A stretch of 50,914 nucleotides of DNA from Armatimonadota bacterium (GCA_046483205.1 JAWODS010000237.1:1-50914); one strand, 5' to 3'; positions 27,331-36,667 are shown, counted from the first letter of the stretch. Notes: generated by a model not told the origin, from the sequence alone. Numbers and translations are program-made.

Positions 27331-28077
27331 ATGGCGAGCCATGAACCCTGGCTGTCAGTGGTTATTCCTGCATATAACGAGGCGCAGCGCCTGCCGCCCT
27401 CGCTGCAAACCATCCTCGAATATCTGAACAATCGCGACTTCACCTGGGAAATCGTTGTTGTTGATGATGGCAGCAGGGATGCGACGTCCGAGGTGGCACG
27501 GGAGATCCTAAACGGCTGCGGCGCCTACCAGATCATCAGAAACGATCCAAACCGCGGCAAGGCGCTGTCAGTGGTGCGGGGATTGCAGGAAAGCCACGGG
27601 GCGGTCCGGCTGTTTTCCGACGCCGACCTTTCGACACCGATTCACGAGGCGGACCGGCTCCTGGAGGCAATCAGGGACGGCGCGGATGTCGCCATCGCCT
27701 CACGGCAACTGCCCGGTTCCGTTATCGAAACACCACAGCCGTGGTACAGACAACTCGCGGGCCAGGCATTCGGACTCTTCAACCAGATCGTTTTGCTTCC
27801 GGGGATCCCCGACAGCCAGTGTGGCTTCAAGGCGTTTACCCGGGAGGCCGTTGAGCAGATTTTGCCCCACCGGAGGCTGACCGCCTGGGCGTTTGACGCA
27901 GAGCTGGTCTATATCGCGCGGCGCCTCGGGCTGCAGATCGCACAGATTCCCGTCCACTGGCGCAATTCGCCGGATACGAAGGTGAACATGTGGGTGGACG
28001 GGCCGAAAATGGTATTCGACCTGCTCCGGATCCGCTGGATACACCGGCATCTGGGGCCCGAGGACGATCGGGAGTAA
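27331..28077 (+). CDS. Family 2 glycosyltransferase (dolichyl/polyprenyl-phosphate beta-glycosyltransferase-like)
   Basis: LSVVIPAYNEAQRLP ... IVVVDDGSRDAT ... SDADLSTP ... QCGFKAF. This is the classic GT2 (GT-A) layout. GAGGAG lies 8 nt upstream of the ATG. Confidence 0.85.
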   Translation: MASHEPWLSVVIPAYNEAQRLPPSLQTILEYLNNRDFTWEIVVVDDGSRDATSEVAREILNGCGAYQIIRNDPNRGKALSVVRGLQESHGAVRLFSDADLSTPIHEADRLLEAIRDGADVAIASRQLPGSVIETPQPWYRQLAGQAFGLFNQIVLLPGIPDSQCGFKAFTREAVEQILPHRRLTAWAFDAELVYIARRLGLQIAQIPVHWRNSPDTKVNMWVDGPKMVFDLLRIRWIHRHLGPEDDRE

Positions 28078-28084
28078 TCACCGG

Positions 28085-29311
28085 ATGCAGAGCAATACCG
28101 TGGGCAAACTGGTGGATATGATACTGGGGCGGCCTTTGATTTTTCTGCTTGCCCTCTATGGCCGCCTGCGCCGCCTGCTCAACTCCCGATACCGTGCCGA
28201 TGTTTCGGAGCTGGATATCCGGTCTATTCTGGTATTGAAGCTGTGCTGCCTCGGTGACGGCATCCTCGCCCTTCCGGCCATTCGAGCCCTCAAGGAAGAG
28301 TACCCGGAGGCGTCTGTGACGGTTGTGTGCACGCCGCGCAACAAAGACGCGTTCGTCGGACAGCCGTTTATTGACCGGGTCGAGGTGCTTCAACTCACCG
28401 GCTTCGGGGGTGTGAAAGAGGTTTTGCTCAAAGGGCCGGTGCAGTTTTTGCGCGCGATTTTCGTGATCCACGCGATAGGACCTCAAATCGCCGTCGATCT
28501 GGACCTGTATTATAATGTGACGCCGTTTTTGGCCTTTGTCAGCGGCGCCATGATTCGAGCGGGCTTCGATATGCCGGGTGGCAACCGCGGACGGCTGTAC
28601 ACCCACTCCGCACCACGGGATCCCGACAGGCACGAGGCGCTTTGTTTCACCGATATCGTCGGCACCTTCGGAGTTCAGGCGCAGCGCATGCAGACCAGCC
28701 TGTGGAAGGATCCGGAGGCGGCAGAAGCTGTCAGCGAGCTGCTGAATGACAACCAGTTTGCAGAAACAGACAGCTACGCCGTGCTTGCGCCGGGAAGCTC
28801 CAGAAACTGGCCGGTGAAGCGCTGGCCGGCCGAGTGTTTTGCCGAGATCGGCAGATATCTGCACGACGAACTGGGCATGCGGGTGGTGATCATCGGGGCG
28901 GATTTTGAAAAAGATATTGGCAACCGGCTCACCGACATGCTCCCGGACACCGCCCTCGATCTCACCGGGCTCACCAGCATCCGGGAGAGCATCGAGCTTT
29001 TGCGTGGGGCGTCCATTGTCGTGTCGAATGACAGTGGCCCGATGCACCTGGCGGCCGCCGTGGGGGCCCCTGTGGTGGGTCTGTTCGGACCGACAAACCC
29101 CAAAAAGTGGCGCCCGTGGACCGAGCGGGGCATTGCGGTCACCGCAGATGATATGTGCCCCAGAGCGCCGTGTTACTATCTTTCGAGGATGCCCGCATGT
29201 GACGCCCACGAGTGTATGGGGACGCTCAGCGTGCAGCAGGTGAAGGATGCGATCGCGCAGTTGATGGATGCAACGGGGACCGGCCGCCGGCAGGCATCGC
29301 CGGCACCCTGA
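28085..29311 (+). CDS. Family 9 glycosyltransferase (heptosyltransferase-like)
   Basis: ILVLKLCCLGDGILALPAIRALKEEYPEASVTVVC at the N-terminus and VSNDSGPMHLAAAVGAPVVGLFGPTNP near the C-terminus. Both are GT9 hallmarks. Confidence 0.85.
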   Translation: MQSNTVGKLVDMILGRPLIFLLALYGRLRRLLNSRYRADVSELDIRSILVLKLCCLGDGILALPAIRALKEEYPEASVTVVCTPRNKDAFVGQPFIDRVEVLQLTGFGGVKEVLLKGPVQFLRAIFVIHAIGPQIAVDLDLYYNVTPFLAFVSGAMIRAGFDMPGGNRGRLYTHSAPRDPDRHEALCFTDIVGTFGVQAQRMQTSLWKDPEAAEAVSELLNDNQFAETDSYAVLAPGSSRNWPVKRWPAECFAEIGRYLHDELGMRVVIIGADFEKDIGNRLTDMLPDTALDLTGLTSIRESIELLRGASIVVSNDSGPMHLAAAVGAPVVGLFGPTNPKKWRPWTERGIAVTADDMCPRAPCYYLSRMPACDAHECMGTLSVQQVKDAIAQLMDATGTGRRQASPAP

Positions 29312-29326
29312 GGAGCTATTTGAGAC

Positions 29327-30406
29327 ATGAGCACCGTCTCCAGGCCACAGCACAATACAAAGAGGTCACAGGTGGAACGCGACGCGGCTGAAAAGGCCGC
29401 GCCCAGGATCGTGATCATCAAGCGAAGCTCGCTGGGTGACATCATTCACGCCATGCCCGTCGCCTGTGCGCTGCGGGAGACATATCCGGACGCCTACATC
29501 GCCTGGGTCGTTGAAACGCGGTTCGAACAGGTGCTGTACGGACACAGCGCTCTCGATGAGTTGATCTCCGTGCGCCGCCACCGCCTGGACCACCCCATCG
29601 AGGTCATCTCCGATCTTCGCACCATTTACCGCGAGCTGCACCAGCGCCACTTCGACTGGGCGATCGATCTTCAGGGTCTTTTTAAAAGCGCCCTCGTGCA
29701 AATGCTCTCCGGCGCGCGGCGGAAGATCGGTCTCGAAGGACACCAGCGCGAGCTGTCAAACCTCGTGGTCAATGACCGTGTCTCCACCCCCGGCGACAAT
29801 CACGCCGTTGAGCATTACCTGGAGGTCGCCCGCCACCTGGGAGCGGCACCCGAGACAATTACCTTCGGCCTTGCCGTCGATCCGGAGGCGAGACAATGGG
29901 CGGAGACATTCCTGAACCAGCACGGCATGCGTGACGGCTGGCCCATCGTCGGCATCAACCCGACGACCTCGCGAACAAACAAGGAATGGGAGTCCGCACG
30001 CTTCGTTAAGGCGGCCAACAGGGTCGAGGGCGCAAACTGGATCATCACCGGCGCCCCTTCCGACCGAAAGCTGGCTGAGAGCATCGCCGAGGGCATTGAC
30101 GGCCCGGCAGCGGTCACGGCCGGACACACCGATATCGCCAGACTGGTGGCCCTCATCAGCCGCCTGGACCTGCTGGTGAGCTGTGATTCAGGCCCGCTGC
30201 ACATCGCCGTCGCCCTCGATATTCCCACCATCGCCCTGTTCGGGCCCACCAACCCTCATCTCACGGGGCCGATAGGCGATGTACACACGGTCCTGTGGCA
30301 CAAAAACCCCGACAGTGACGGCACTCCCGGCCCCGATCTGGGGAGTATGGACGACATCACCGTTGACGAGGTCGCCGACGCACTTCGCACCGCCCTGCGC
30401 CCCTGA
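29327..30406 (+). CDS. Family 9 glycosyltransferase (heptosyltransferase-like), second copy
   Basis: IVIIKRSSLGDIIHAMPVACALRETYPDAYIAWVVE and VSCDSGPLHIAVALDIPTIALFGPTNP. GAGGAG lies 11 nt upstream of the ATG. Confidence 0.85.
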   Translation: MSTVSRPQHNTKRSQVERDAAEKAAPRIVIIKRSSLGDIIHAMPVACALRETYPDAYIAWVVETRFEQVLYGHSALDELISVRRHRLDHPIEVISDLRTIYRELHQRHFDWAIDLQGLFKSALVQMLSGARRKIGLEGHQRELSNLVVNDRVSTPGDNHAVEHYLEVARHLGAAPETITFGLAVDPEARQWAETFLNQHGMRDGWPIVGINPTTSRTNKEWESARFVKAANRVEGANWIITGAPSDRKLAESIAEGIDGPAAVTAGHTDIARLVALISRLDLLVSCDSGPLHIAVALDIPTIALFGPTNPHLTGPIGDVHTVLWHKNPDSDGTPGPDLGSMDDITVDEVADALRTALRP

Positions 30407-30435
30407 TGCAGGCACTGCCTCCATGCACGTTTTTT
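30407..30435 (+). terminator. Probable terminator of the glycosyltransferase operon
   Basis: TGCAGG / CC(A)TGCA stem with one bulge, followed by CGTTTTTT. It starts directly after the stop codon. Confidence 0.45.
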
Positions 30436-30525
30436 GTCGCATTCTCCGGCGATAAGCACCCTCACGCCCTGTCTGCCATTTGTTGATAAACCGTCTCTTT
30501 AAGGGCCTCTCAGGCGCTGTGGGAG

Positions 30526-30784
30526 TTTTCCACACTGAGCCATCCAGCCGTGTGAACAATTCTGTGGAATATTCTGTGAGGAATCGGGGGTCGCCGGTCA
30601 GTAATCCACAAAAATCGCCATGAGCCCAGTAATATCAGGGCATGAGCGCATTGTGGAAAGGTGTGGAAAACTCGAGGAATTTTTCCACATTTTCTGAACA
30701 CCTGTGTAAAAACAGGGATGACAGGGGGGAGTCACAGGGGTTTGTCGGGATCATGGAGCAAATTGTGGAAAACTCTGTGGAAAC
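30526..30784. promoter_or_regulatory. DnaA-box-like cluster B (8 strong boxes plus 2 weak in 259 bp)
   Basis: Strong boxes:
- TTTTCCACA at 30526 and 30681
- TGTGGAAAA at 30662 and 30764
- TAATCCACA at 30602
- TGTGGAATA at 30563
- TGTGGAAAG at 30652
- TGTGGAAAC at 30776
Weaker boxes: TGTGAACAA at 30551 and TGTGTAAAA at 30703. The cluster lies in the convergent spacer between the GT9 gene and tatD. Confidence 0.6.
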
Positions 30785-30790
30785 TCTTGA

Positions 30791-31564
30791 TTACTCCTCA
30801 ATACCGTAGAGAGTCCGCGCGTTTGCTGTTGTCATCTCCGCAGCGGCCTGCAGCGTGATTTCTCGCACTTTTGCGACCCGTTCGGCGACGTGAGAAACCA
30901 GAGCCGGCTCATTGCGTTTGCCCCGGTGGCCCTGGGGAGGCAGCCACGGACAGTCCGTTTCGACGACGATGCGATTTTCGGGCGCCGCTGCAACCACCTC
31001 ACGGAGCTTTGAAGCGTTGGGATATGTCACCGGTCCGGCGATTCCGAGCCAGCAATCCAGGTCAATATAGGCCTGCATGATGTCCGTGTCGCCTGAAAAG
31101 CAGTGGCGCACGATATTCACACCCTCGGGGCGGTTGTCCTGCAATATCGGGAGCACCTCTTCATCCGCCTCGCGGCTGTGGATGATGAGGGCTTTGCCGG
31201 TCTGGGCAGCGAGATCGAGAAACCGCCTGAAGGCGTCGCGCTGGTCCTCAGGAGGTGACAGGTTGCGGTAAAAGTCCAGCCCCGTCTCACCGATGGCCAC
31301 GACCTTCGGGTGCTCCGCCAGCTTTCTGATTGCCTCCAGCGCCTCAGTTGTGGCGTCTGAGGCGTCGTGAGGGTGGATGCCCACGGCTGCGTACAGTGGC
31401 TCGTATTTTTCGGCCAGTTCGACCGCCAGGCGGCTTGAGCCGACATCCCAGCCGACCACGACCATCCCACACACACCGCTCTTCTGCGCCCTGCTGATGG
31501 TGTCCTGCAGGTCGGCGGAGAACTTCGAATCGTTGAGGTGACAGTGTGTATCTATAAGCTCCAT
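30791..31564 (-). CDS. tatD: TatD-family metal-dependent hydrolase/DNase
   Basis: MELIDTHCHLND N-terminus, then GIHPH, IGETGLDF, IIHSR, ETDCPW. The canonical TatD motif series is complete. GGAGGG lies upstream of ATG 31564. Confidence 0.9.
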   Translation of the reverse strand: MELIDTHCHLNDSKFSADLQDTISRAQKSGVCGMVVVGWDVGSSRLAVELAEKYEPLYAAVGIHPHDASDATTEALEAIRKLAEHPKVVAIGETGLDFYRNLSPPEDQRDAFRRFLDLAAQTGKALIIHSREADEEVLPILQDNRPEGVNIVRHCFSGDTDIMQAYIDLDCWLGIAGPVTYPNASKLREVVAAAPENRIVVETDCPWLPPQGHRGKRNEPALVSHVAERVAKVREITLQAAAEMTTANARTLYGIEE

Positions 31565-31581
31565 GCTGACCCTCCAGTCAC

Positions 31582-31615
31582 AGAAAAGGGGCGAAAGTCA
31601 CAGACCCTCGCCCCT
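31582..31615 (-). terminator. Hairpin with short U-tract between the TolB-like gene and tatD
   Basis: On the minus strand: AGGGGCGA-(13 nt)-TCGCCCCT followed by TTTCT. Confidence 0.45.
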
Positions 31616-31637
31616 GGATTACAGTGTTGGCGTGTGA

Positions 31638-32606
31638 TCAGTCGTACTGTCTTGTCACCCGGTCGTAGTCCCGCTCGTCTTCATCGGCGGTGAAGTTCAC
31701 CTTCCACAGCTCGCGGTCCCGGATAAACGCCAGGTCCTCCCCGTCGGCTGACCAGATGGGGTAACCGTCGTTGCGTGAGGTGGAGGTGTACGCGCGACCG
31801 TTGGTGCCGTCGGCGTCCATTGCCCAGATGTCGTAGTACGGGCCGTTACGGTCGGAGTGGAACAGAATGGTGTTGCCGTCGGGCGACCAGGCCGGCGCTC
31901 CTTCGTCGAAGTCTGACCCGAGAAGCTCCTGCGGGTCGCTGCCGTCCGCGTTGCAGACCCATATATCGGACTGGTCGTCGCCGATGACCCGGCGTTCGAA
32001 GGCGATTTTGGTGCCATCATCATTGAAGACCGGCCACCGCAAATTCGCCCCGGCCTCGCTGAGGATGACCTCCCGGTTCGAGCCGTCGATATCCGCGACA
32101 GCGATCTGCTGGTTGCCGGTATCCTGTGTGGTCACAAATACGATTTTGGTGTTGTCTTCGGAGACGTCCGGCATACTGTCGGCCCCGTCTCCGGGCGGTG
32201 CTGTGATGAGTGTAGCGTCCTGGTTGTCATCACCCGCGCTGGCGTCTATCCTGTAGATACTGTCTTTGCCGTTGCGTCGCGCGGACATGAAAATGTAGCG
32301 CTCACCGTTAACAACGCCGTAGGTGGGGTGCCGGCCGCCCTCGTCCCCGTAGTCGCCGTCGTCGTCGGATTTGGTGAGCAGTTTGGTGCTGTTGCCGCTT
32401 GAGCTTACGGCGTAGATGTACAGCATCCGGTTGGCACCCCAGGCGGTGACTGCGAAGCCACCGTGCGGCCCCCAGGCGCCGCGCTCTGAGAGACTCAAAT
32501 AGATATCCGATGCATCATCGCCGCCGCATCCGACAAATGCCACCATGGCAGCTGATATAAGCAGGACTATAAACACAGAAACAATGAGCCTGCTGCGATT
32601 TTTCAT
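31638..32606 (-). CDS. TolB-like beta-propeller lipoprotein (PD40/WD40-like repeats)
   Basis: Lipobox MVAFVGCGG. Repeated PD40-type units: PDVSEDNTKIVFVT, PVFNDDGTKIAFE, PAWSPDGNTILFHSDRNG, PIWSADGEDLAFI. Confidence 0.8.
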   Translation of the reverse strand: MKNRSRLIVSVFIVLLISAAMVAFVGCGGDDASDIYLSLSERGAWGPHGGFAVTAWGANRMLYIYAVSSSGNSTKLLTKSDDDGDYGDEGGRHPTYGVVNGERYIFMSARRNGKDSIYRIDASAGDDNQDATLITAPPGDGADSMPDVSEDNTKIVFVTTQDTGNQQIAVADIDGSNREVILSEAGANLRWPVFNDDGTKIAFERRVIGDDQSDIWVCNADGSDPQELLGSDFDEGAPAWSPDGNTILFHSDRNGPYYDIWAMDADGTNGRAYTSTSRNDGYPIWSADGEDLAFIRDRELWKVNFTADEDERDYDRVTRQYD

Positions 32607-32909
32607 GAATACGGGTTCCCTTCACGAAGATTTTCTGTTCGGACCGTCGTCAACGGGCGTACGGACTCAAAAGCCTCATAATGATAGACAGCCCGGTGAG
32701 CCCATTGTTGCGGTCACACATCCGGGCCGAAGCATGCGGAACGGTACAGGGGCATTATAGGACGGTCTTCAAAGGCAGGTCAAGAAGCATCGGTGTCGGG
32801 CAGGTCATCTCATGTGCTCCGGTCAATTGTACCACTGTACGGACCGCACCGTGCAGCGTCTGCAACCAGCATACGTAATTCATCGGAGTGAGCTGTCATC
32901 ACAAAGCTT

Positions 32910-34871
32910 TTGCGGAATTCGTGCAGCATTGATTCGGCTTTTTGTCATCCCCGCCTTTTGCTACAGGTACTTCTGCTCGTCGGTATTGCATGCCTCTTTG
33001 CACTGCCCCAATCGGGGGTCTGCACCCCTGCCGGAGCCGAAAACCTCCTGCGCAATCCCGGCTTCGAGCAGATCGACGATGGGCAGGCGCCCGGGTGGGA
33101 AGTGGAAGCCAGCGAGGTGCAGTACGTGCAGGACCCCAACCATTCCGGCGAATGGGCCGCACGCTTTGTCGATCCTGCCCCAAACGAGAATATACACCTT
33201 TTTTCTGAGGCAATCCCCGCCCGGCCTGCAGGAACGTACACCGCGACCGCATGGTTTCGGACGAATGATGAGTGCCAGCCCGGACTGTACATCAACTTTT
33301 TCAACGATCTGAACCAGCGCATCCATCACAAATATTCCCGCGCCGACGGGCCGACTGACGGGTGGCAGCAGGTTACCGTCACAACCGTCGCACCGGCGCG
33401 GGCGATAACTGTACGCTGCAGTCTGTACGCATTCCTCGGAGATACCGGTACCTTCGAGGCCGACGATGTGACGCTCACAGTCACCGGAGGCCGTCCGCCA
33501 CTGGACATACAACTTCATGCACAACCGGGAGACACCGACATGGTCAACATCGGCTCGCGCCGTGAACTGTTCGTTGACAGCTTTCTGCTCGACGATATTG
33601 ATGGTGACGGACGGCGCCTGCTGCACCACCCCGTGCGCCGGGAGATAGCCCTGCAGGTCAATAAACCCTGGGAGGGCACCACCGCTGCGTACGTGGCCGT
33701 GATGCGTGACGGAGACACCATCCGGCTTTACTACCGCGGCGAGGGGTGCACGTGCATGGCCGAAAGCAGTGACGGCATTCACTTCACGCGCCCGAACCTC
33801 GGCCTGTTCGAATGGGAGGGCTCGAAGGACAACAATATCGTCTGGAAGGGTCCGGGTACGCACAACTTTACGCCCTTCAGGGATCCCAATCCTCAGGCGC
33901 CCGAAAATCAGCGCTATAAGGCCCTTGGCAGCTCAACACAGGATGGCACCCGTGGCCTGCTGGCATTCTCATCCCCCGACGGCATCCACTGGCAGCTCAT
34001 GCAGAAGGAACATGTGATTACCGACGGAGCGTTCGATTCGCAGAACCTGGCCTTCTGGGACCCGATGCGCGAGAAATACGTGGAATACCACCGGGACTTC
34101 CGCAACGGCGTGCGCGATATCAGGACCTGCACCTCCGACGATTTCATCCACTGGACGGACCCTGAGTGGCTTGATTACGGTGATGCCCCGCCGGAGCACC
34201 TGTACACCAATGCGGTGATCCCGTATTTTCGCGCCCCGCATATCTACCTGGGATTTCCGAACCGCTTTGTGCCGGGCCGGACGAAGGTGGCGGAGCATTC
34301 CAATAAGGGGATCAATGACGCCGTGTTGATGAGCAGCCGTGACGGCCTGCATTTTGAGCGCTGGCAGGAGGCGTGGCTGAGACCGAGCACCGACCCGAAA
34401 ACATGGACCGACCGAAACAACTACGTCGCCTGGAACATGGTGCCGACATCTGATTCGGAAATCAGCATGTACGCCAATGAGCATTACCGCTACCCCACCC
34501 AGCGGCTGCGGCGGCTGACCATCCGCACTGATGGCTTCGTGTCGCTTCACGGCGGTGCTGAGGGCGCCGAGGCAATCACCCGCCCGCTAACGTTCGCAGG
34601 CAGCCGCCTGGTCATCAATTACGAGACCTCGACTGTGGGATCGGTCCGGGTGGGGCTGTGTGATGAATCCGGAGAGGCCTATCCCGGCTTCGGCCTCGCC
34701 GACTGTCCGGCGATCTTCGGCAACGAAATCGCCCACACCGTGAGCTGGGAGAATGGATCCGACGTCACCGAGCTGGCGGGCAAACCCGTCCGACTGCGCC
34801 TGCGGGTGCGTGATGCGGATATCTATTCCTTCCAGTTCACCGACGACGAGGGTGACGCAGAGAAGGATTGA
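32910..34871 (+). CDS. Secreted putative glycoside hydrolase: N-terminal CBM4/9-like module plus beta-propeller-like catalytic region
   Basis: The N-terminal NLLRNPGFEQ...GWEVE...SGEWAARF is CBM4_9-like. The remainder (KPWEGTTAAYVAVMRDGDTIRLYYRG...SSDGIHFTRP...FSSPDGIHWQ...TSDDFIHWTD) shows repeated blade-like units, as in GH43/GH32-clan or sialidase-like propellers. The start is uncertain: TTG 32910, with no in-frame ATG near the N-terminus. Confidence 0.65.
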   Translation: MRNSCSIDSAFCHPRLLLQVLLLVGIACLFALPQSGVCTPAGAENLLRNPGFEQIDDGQAPGWEVEASEVQYVQDPNHSGEWAARFVDPAPNENIHLFSEAIPARPAGTYTATAWFRTNDECQPGLYINFFNDLNQRIHHKYSRADGPTDGWQQVTVTTVAPARAITVRCSLYAFLGDTGTFEADDVTLTVTGGRPPLDIQLHAQPGDTDMVNIGSRRELFVDSFLLDDIDGDGRRLLHHPVRREIALQVNKPWEGTTAAYVAVMRDGDTIRLYYRGEGCTCMAESSDGIHFTRPNLGLFEWEGSKDNNIVWKGPGTHNFTPFRDPNPQAPENQRYKALGSSTQDGTRGLLAFSSPDGIHWQLMQKEHVITDGAFDSQNLAFWDPMREKYVEYHRDFRNGVRDIRTCTSDDFIHWTDPEWLDYGDAPPEHLYTNAVIPYFRAPHIYLGFPNRFVPGRTKVAEHSNKGINDAVLMSSRDGLHFERWQEAWLRPSTDPKTWTDRNNYVAWNMVPTSDSEISMYANEHYRYPTQRLRRLTIRTDGFVSLHGGAEGAEAITRPLTFAGSRLVINYETSTVGSVRVGLCDESGEAYPGFGLADCPAIFGNEIAHTVSWENGSDVTELAGKPVRLRLRVRDADIYSFQFTDDEGDAEKD

Positions 34872-34923
34872 AGAAGGGTTCCGAGAAGGGCATTGTGGTG
34901 CCATTTTGTGTGGAGGTGTGCTG

Positions 34924-35943
34924 ATGAAAAAGCTGATGGTTGTGCTGACTGCAATTGTGATGGCCGCCGCCGTGTGGGGCCAGCCGGCGCTGTACCGGGT
35001 GCAGGCGAATGTGAAAGCCTCGCTGACCTTTCCTGACGGTGATGAAATCAGGAGCGTTGAATACGTCCGCGGTGACACGGACATCCAGCCGGTCGAGCTG
35101 CGCCGCTCCGACGGTCTCGTCAGCTTCGACATCACGCCACACATGCTCATCGACGGCAGCACGATACTGGTGTTCAACCGCCCGCCGGGAAAGCATCTGT
35201 CCGATCGCACTCCGCCGACTTTTGAGCGAATTGTCATTGATGGCCGCCCGGCTCACGAGCGGCCGACGCTGATGCTGCCCTATGTGCCGGACCGGGTTGA
35301 TATGGCGATCAGCGATCCCAGCGGCATTTCGGCCCGGGGCCTGCAGGTTGCGGCTGATGGCAGCCGGGTGGACCCTGACACTCTCGCCGTCGAACGCTTC
35401 GATCTCGGGCGGCGCTGGGAACTCACCTACGAACCTGCCGATCCCGAGACGATCCAGAACGTGACGGTCACCGCCACCGACCGCTCGCTTCTGGAGAATA
35501 CGTCCCGGTTTTCGCTGGTGTTCGAGCGGGCCTTCGAGCGGCTGTCGGGTGATTACAGCGGCGGGGCAGCGGTCAGGCTCACGCAGGACACGGCTTTTCT
35601 GGCAAAATACGTCGAGCTTGCCGCCGGTGAGTACGAAGTCGAGGTGGTCGCCAGCGGCCCGTCCAGCGGGGCGAATTCACTGTGGATCGAGATTGACGGA
35701 AAGCAGCAGCCCGACCCGCTGCATCTGCCGGTGGAAGAGCTCGGTGTGGCCAGCCGGCAGGTGGAAATCAATCCCGAGCGCCTCCCGCGGTTTACGGTCA
35801 CCGAGGACGGCGAGCATGCGCTTGTCTTCACCCTGCGCGAAGGGCCGGACCCGACCGTGGACTGTGTGAGAATCCTCCAGGATGGCCGGGAAATCGCCGC
35901 ATACGAGGCCGAGGACATGCTTCCCGCCTTCCCGAAGCCCTGA
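34924..35943 (+). CDS. Secreted hypothetical protein with CBM-like C-terminal domain
   Basis: I set the start at ATG 34924 (MKKLMVVLTAIVMAAAVWG) with GGAGG 8 nt upstream. The track's 34753 start would overlap the preceding gene. The C-terminal part (AGEYEVEVVASGPSSGANSLWIEIDG...HALVFTLREG) looks like a jelly-roll carbohydrate-binding module. Confidence 0.55.
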   Translation: MKKLMVVLTAIVMAAAVWGQPALYRVQANVKASLTFPDGDEIRSVEYVRGDTDIQPVELRRSDGLVSFDITPHMLIDGSTILVFNRPPGKHLSDRTPPTFERIVIDGRPAHERPTLMLPYVPDRVDMAISDPSGISARGLQVAADGSRVDPDTLAVERFDLGRRWELTYEPADPETIQNVTVTATDRSLLENTSRFSLVFERAFERLSGDYSGGAAVRLTQDTAFLAKYVELAAGEYEVEVVASGPSSGANSLWIEIDGKQQPDPLHLPVEELGVASRQVEINPERLPRFTVTEDGEHALVFTLREGPDPTVDCVRILQDGREIAAYEAEDMLPAFPKP

Positions 35944-35965
35944 GCAGGTTGCCGGGATACTGGAT

Positions 35966-36667
35966 TTACGTCACCCGCATATCCAGCACTCTCGGCCGCG
36001 GGGGATTGTTTCTGCCGCGGTATTTTTTGACGAAGTATCTGGCGAGGTAATATCCTGCTGCAAAGCCCCCGATATGCGCCCAGAAGGCAATGCCCATGCT
36101 GGAGCCGATGGAACCGAGGCCCGAAAAGATCTGAAAGACAAACCAGATGCCGATGAACAGCTTCGCGGGCAGGTCAACGACGGTGAAAATGATGAAGATC
36201 GGTACCAGGGCCCGGACGGAGGCGCGCGGAAAGGTCACAAAGTATGCACCCAGCACTCCGGCGATCGCGCCACTCGCCCCAACCATCGGCACATCCCCAA
36301 ACAGCGTGACGACGCTGTGAGCCAGGGTCGCGATGACGCCACACAGCAGGTAAAAGACGAGGTATCGGCCATGCCCCATGCGGTCCTCGACATTATCGCC
36401 GAATACCCACAAAAAGAGCATGTTAAAGATAATGTGCAGAAAATCTCCATGCATGAACATGGAGGTGAAGATGTGCAGGATTATCGGCACGACCCCAATA
36501 CTGGCCCACGCTGCGGGCGTGACCAGGTGGTCGGGAACGAATGCCCACTCCTGCAGCATGTTGCCTGAGAAGAACTGAACAATGAAAACGCCCACACAGG
36601 TGGCGATAATGGTGATGTTGACGTAGGGAGTGTGTCGGGAACGTATATTATCTTTAAGTGGAATCAT
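35966..36667 (-). CDS. Rhomboid-family intramembrane serine protease
   Basis: Motifs: HGDFLHIIFNMLFLWVFG (HxxxN region), GASGAIAGVLGAY (catalytic Ser) and AHIGGFAAGY (catalytic His). Confidence 0.9.
   Translation of the reverse strand: MIPLKDNIRSRHTPYVNITIIATCVGVFIVQFFSGNMLQEWAFVPDHLVTPAAWASIGVVPIILHIFTSMFMHGDFLHIIFNMLFLWVFGDNVEDRMGHGRYLVFYLLCGVIATLAHSVVTLFGDVPMVGASGAIAGVLGAYFVTFPRASVRALVPIFIIFTVVDLPAKLFIGIWFVFQIFSGLGSIGSSMGIAFWAHIGGFAAGYYLARYFVKKYRGRNNPPRPRVLDMRVT

Noticed and set aside
27836-29353. 505-aa ORF on the minus strand.
   Set aside because: It is antisense to the first GT9 glycosyltransferase gene. Its translation is Arg/Pro/Gly-rich with no motif.
30526-30784. Considered whether the repeated motif could be a CRISPR array or plasmid iterons.
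   Set aside because: The repeat unit is only 8-9 bp and occurs in both orientations with irregular 1-50 bp spacing. That is incompatible with CRISPR. No rep, par or cas genes are nearby, and the motif equals the DnaA-box consensus.
30510-30858. Small ORFs (63 and 65 aa) inside DnaA-box cluster B, and similar ones (25643-25979) inside cluster A.
   Set aside because: They have no ribosome-binding sites. Their peptides (rich in FHT/WKT) simply reflect translation of the repeated TGTGGAAA/TTTCCACA motif.
32961-33863. 300-aa ORF on the minus strand.
   Set aside because: It is antisense to the CBM/GH-like gene. Its composition is that of a shadow ORF.
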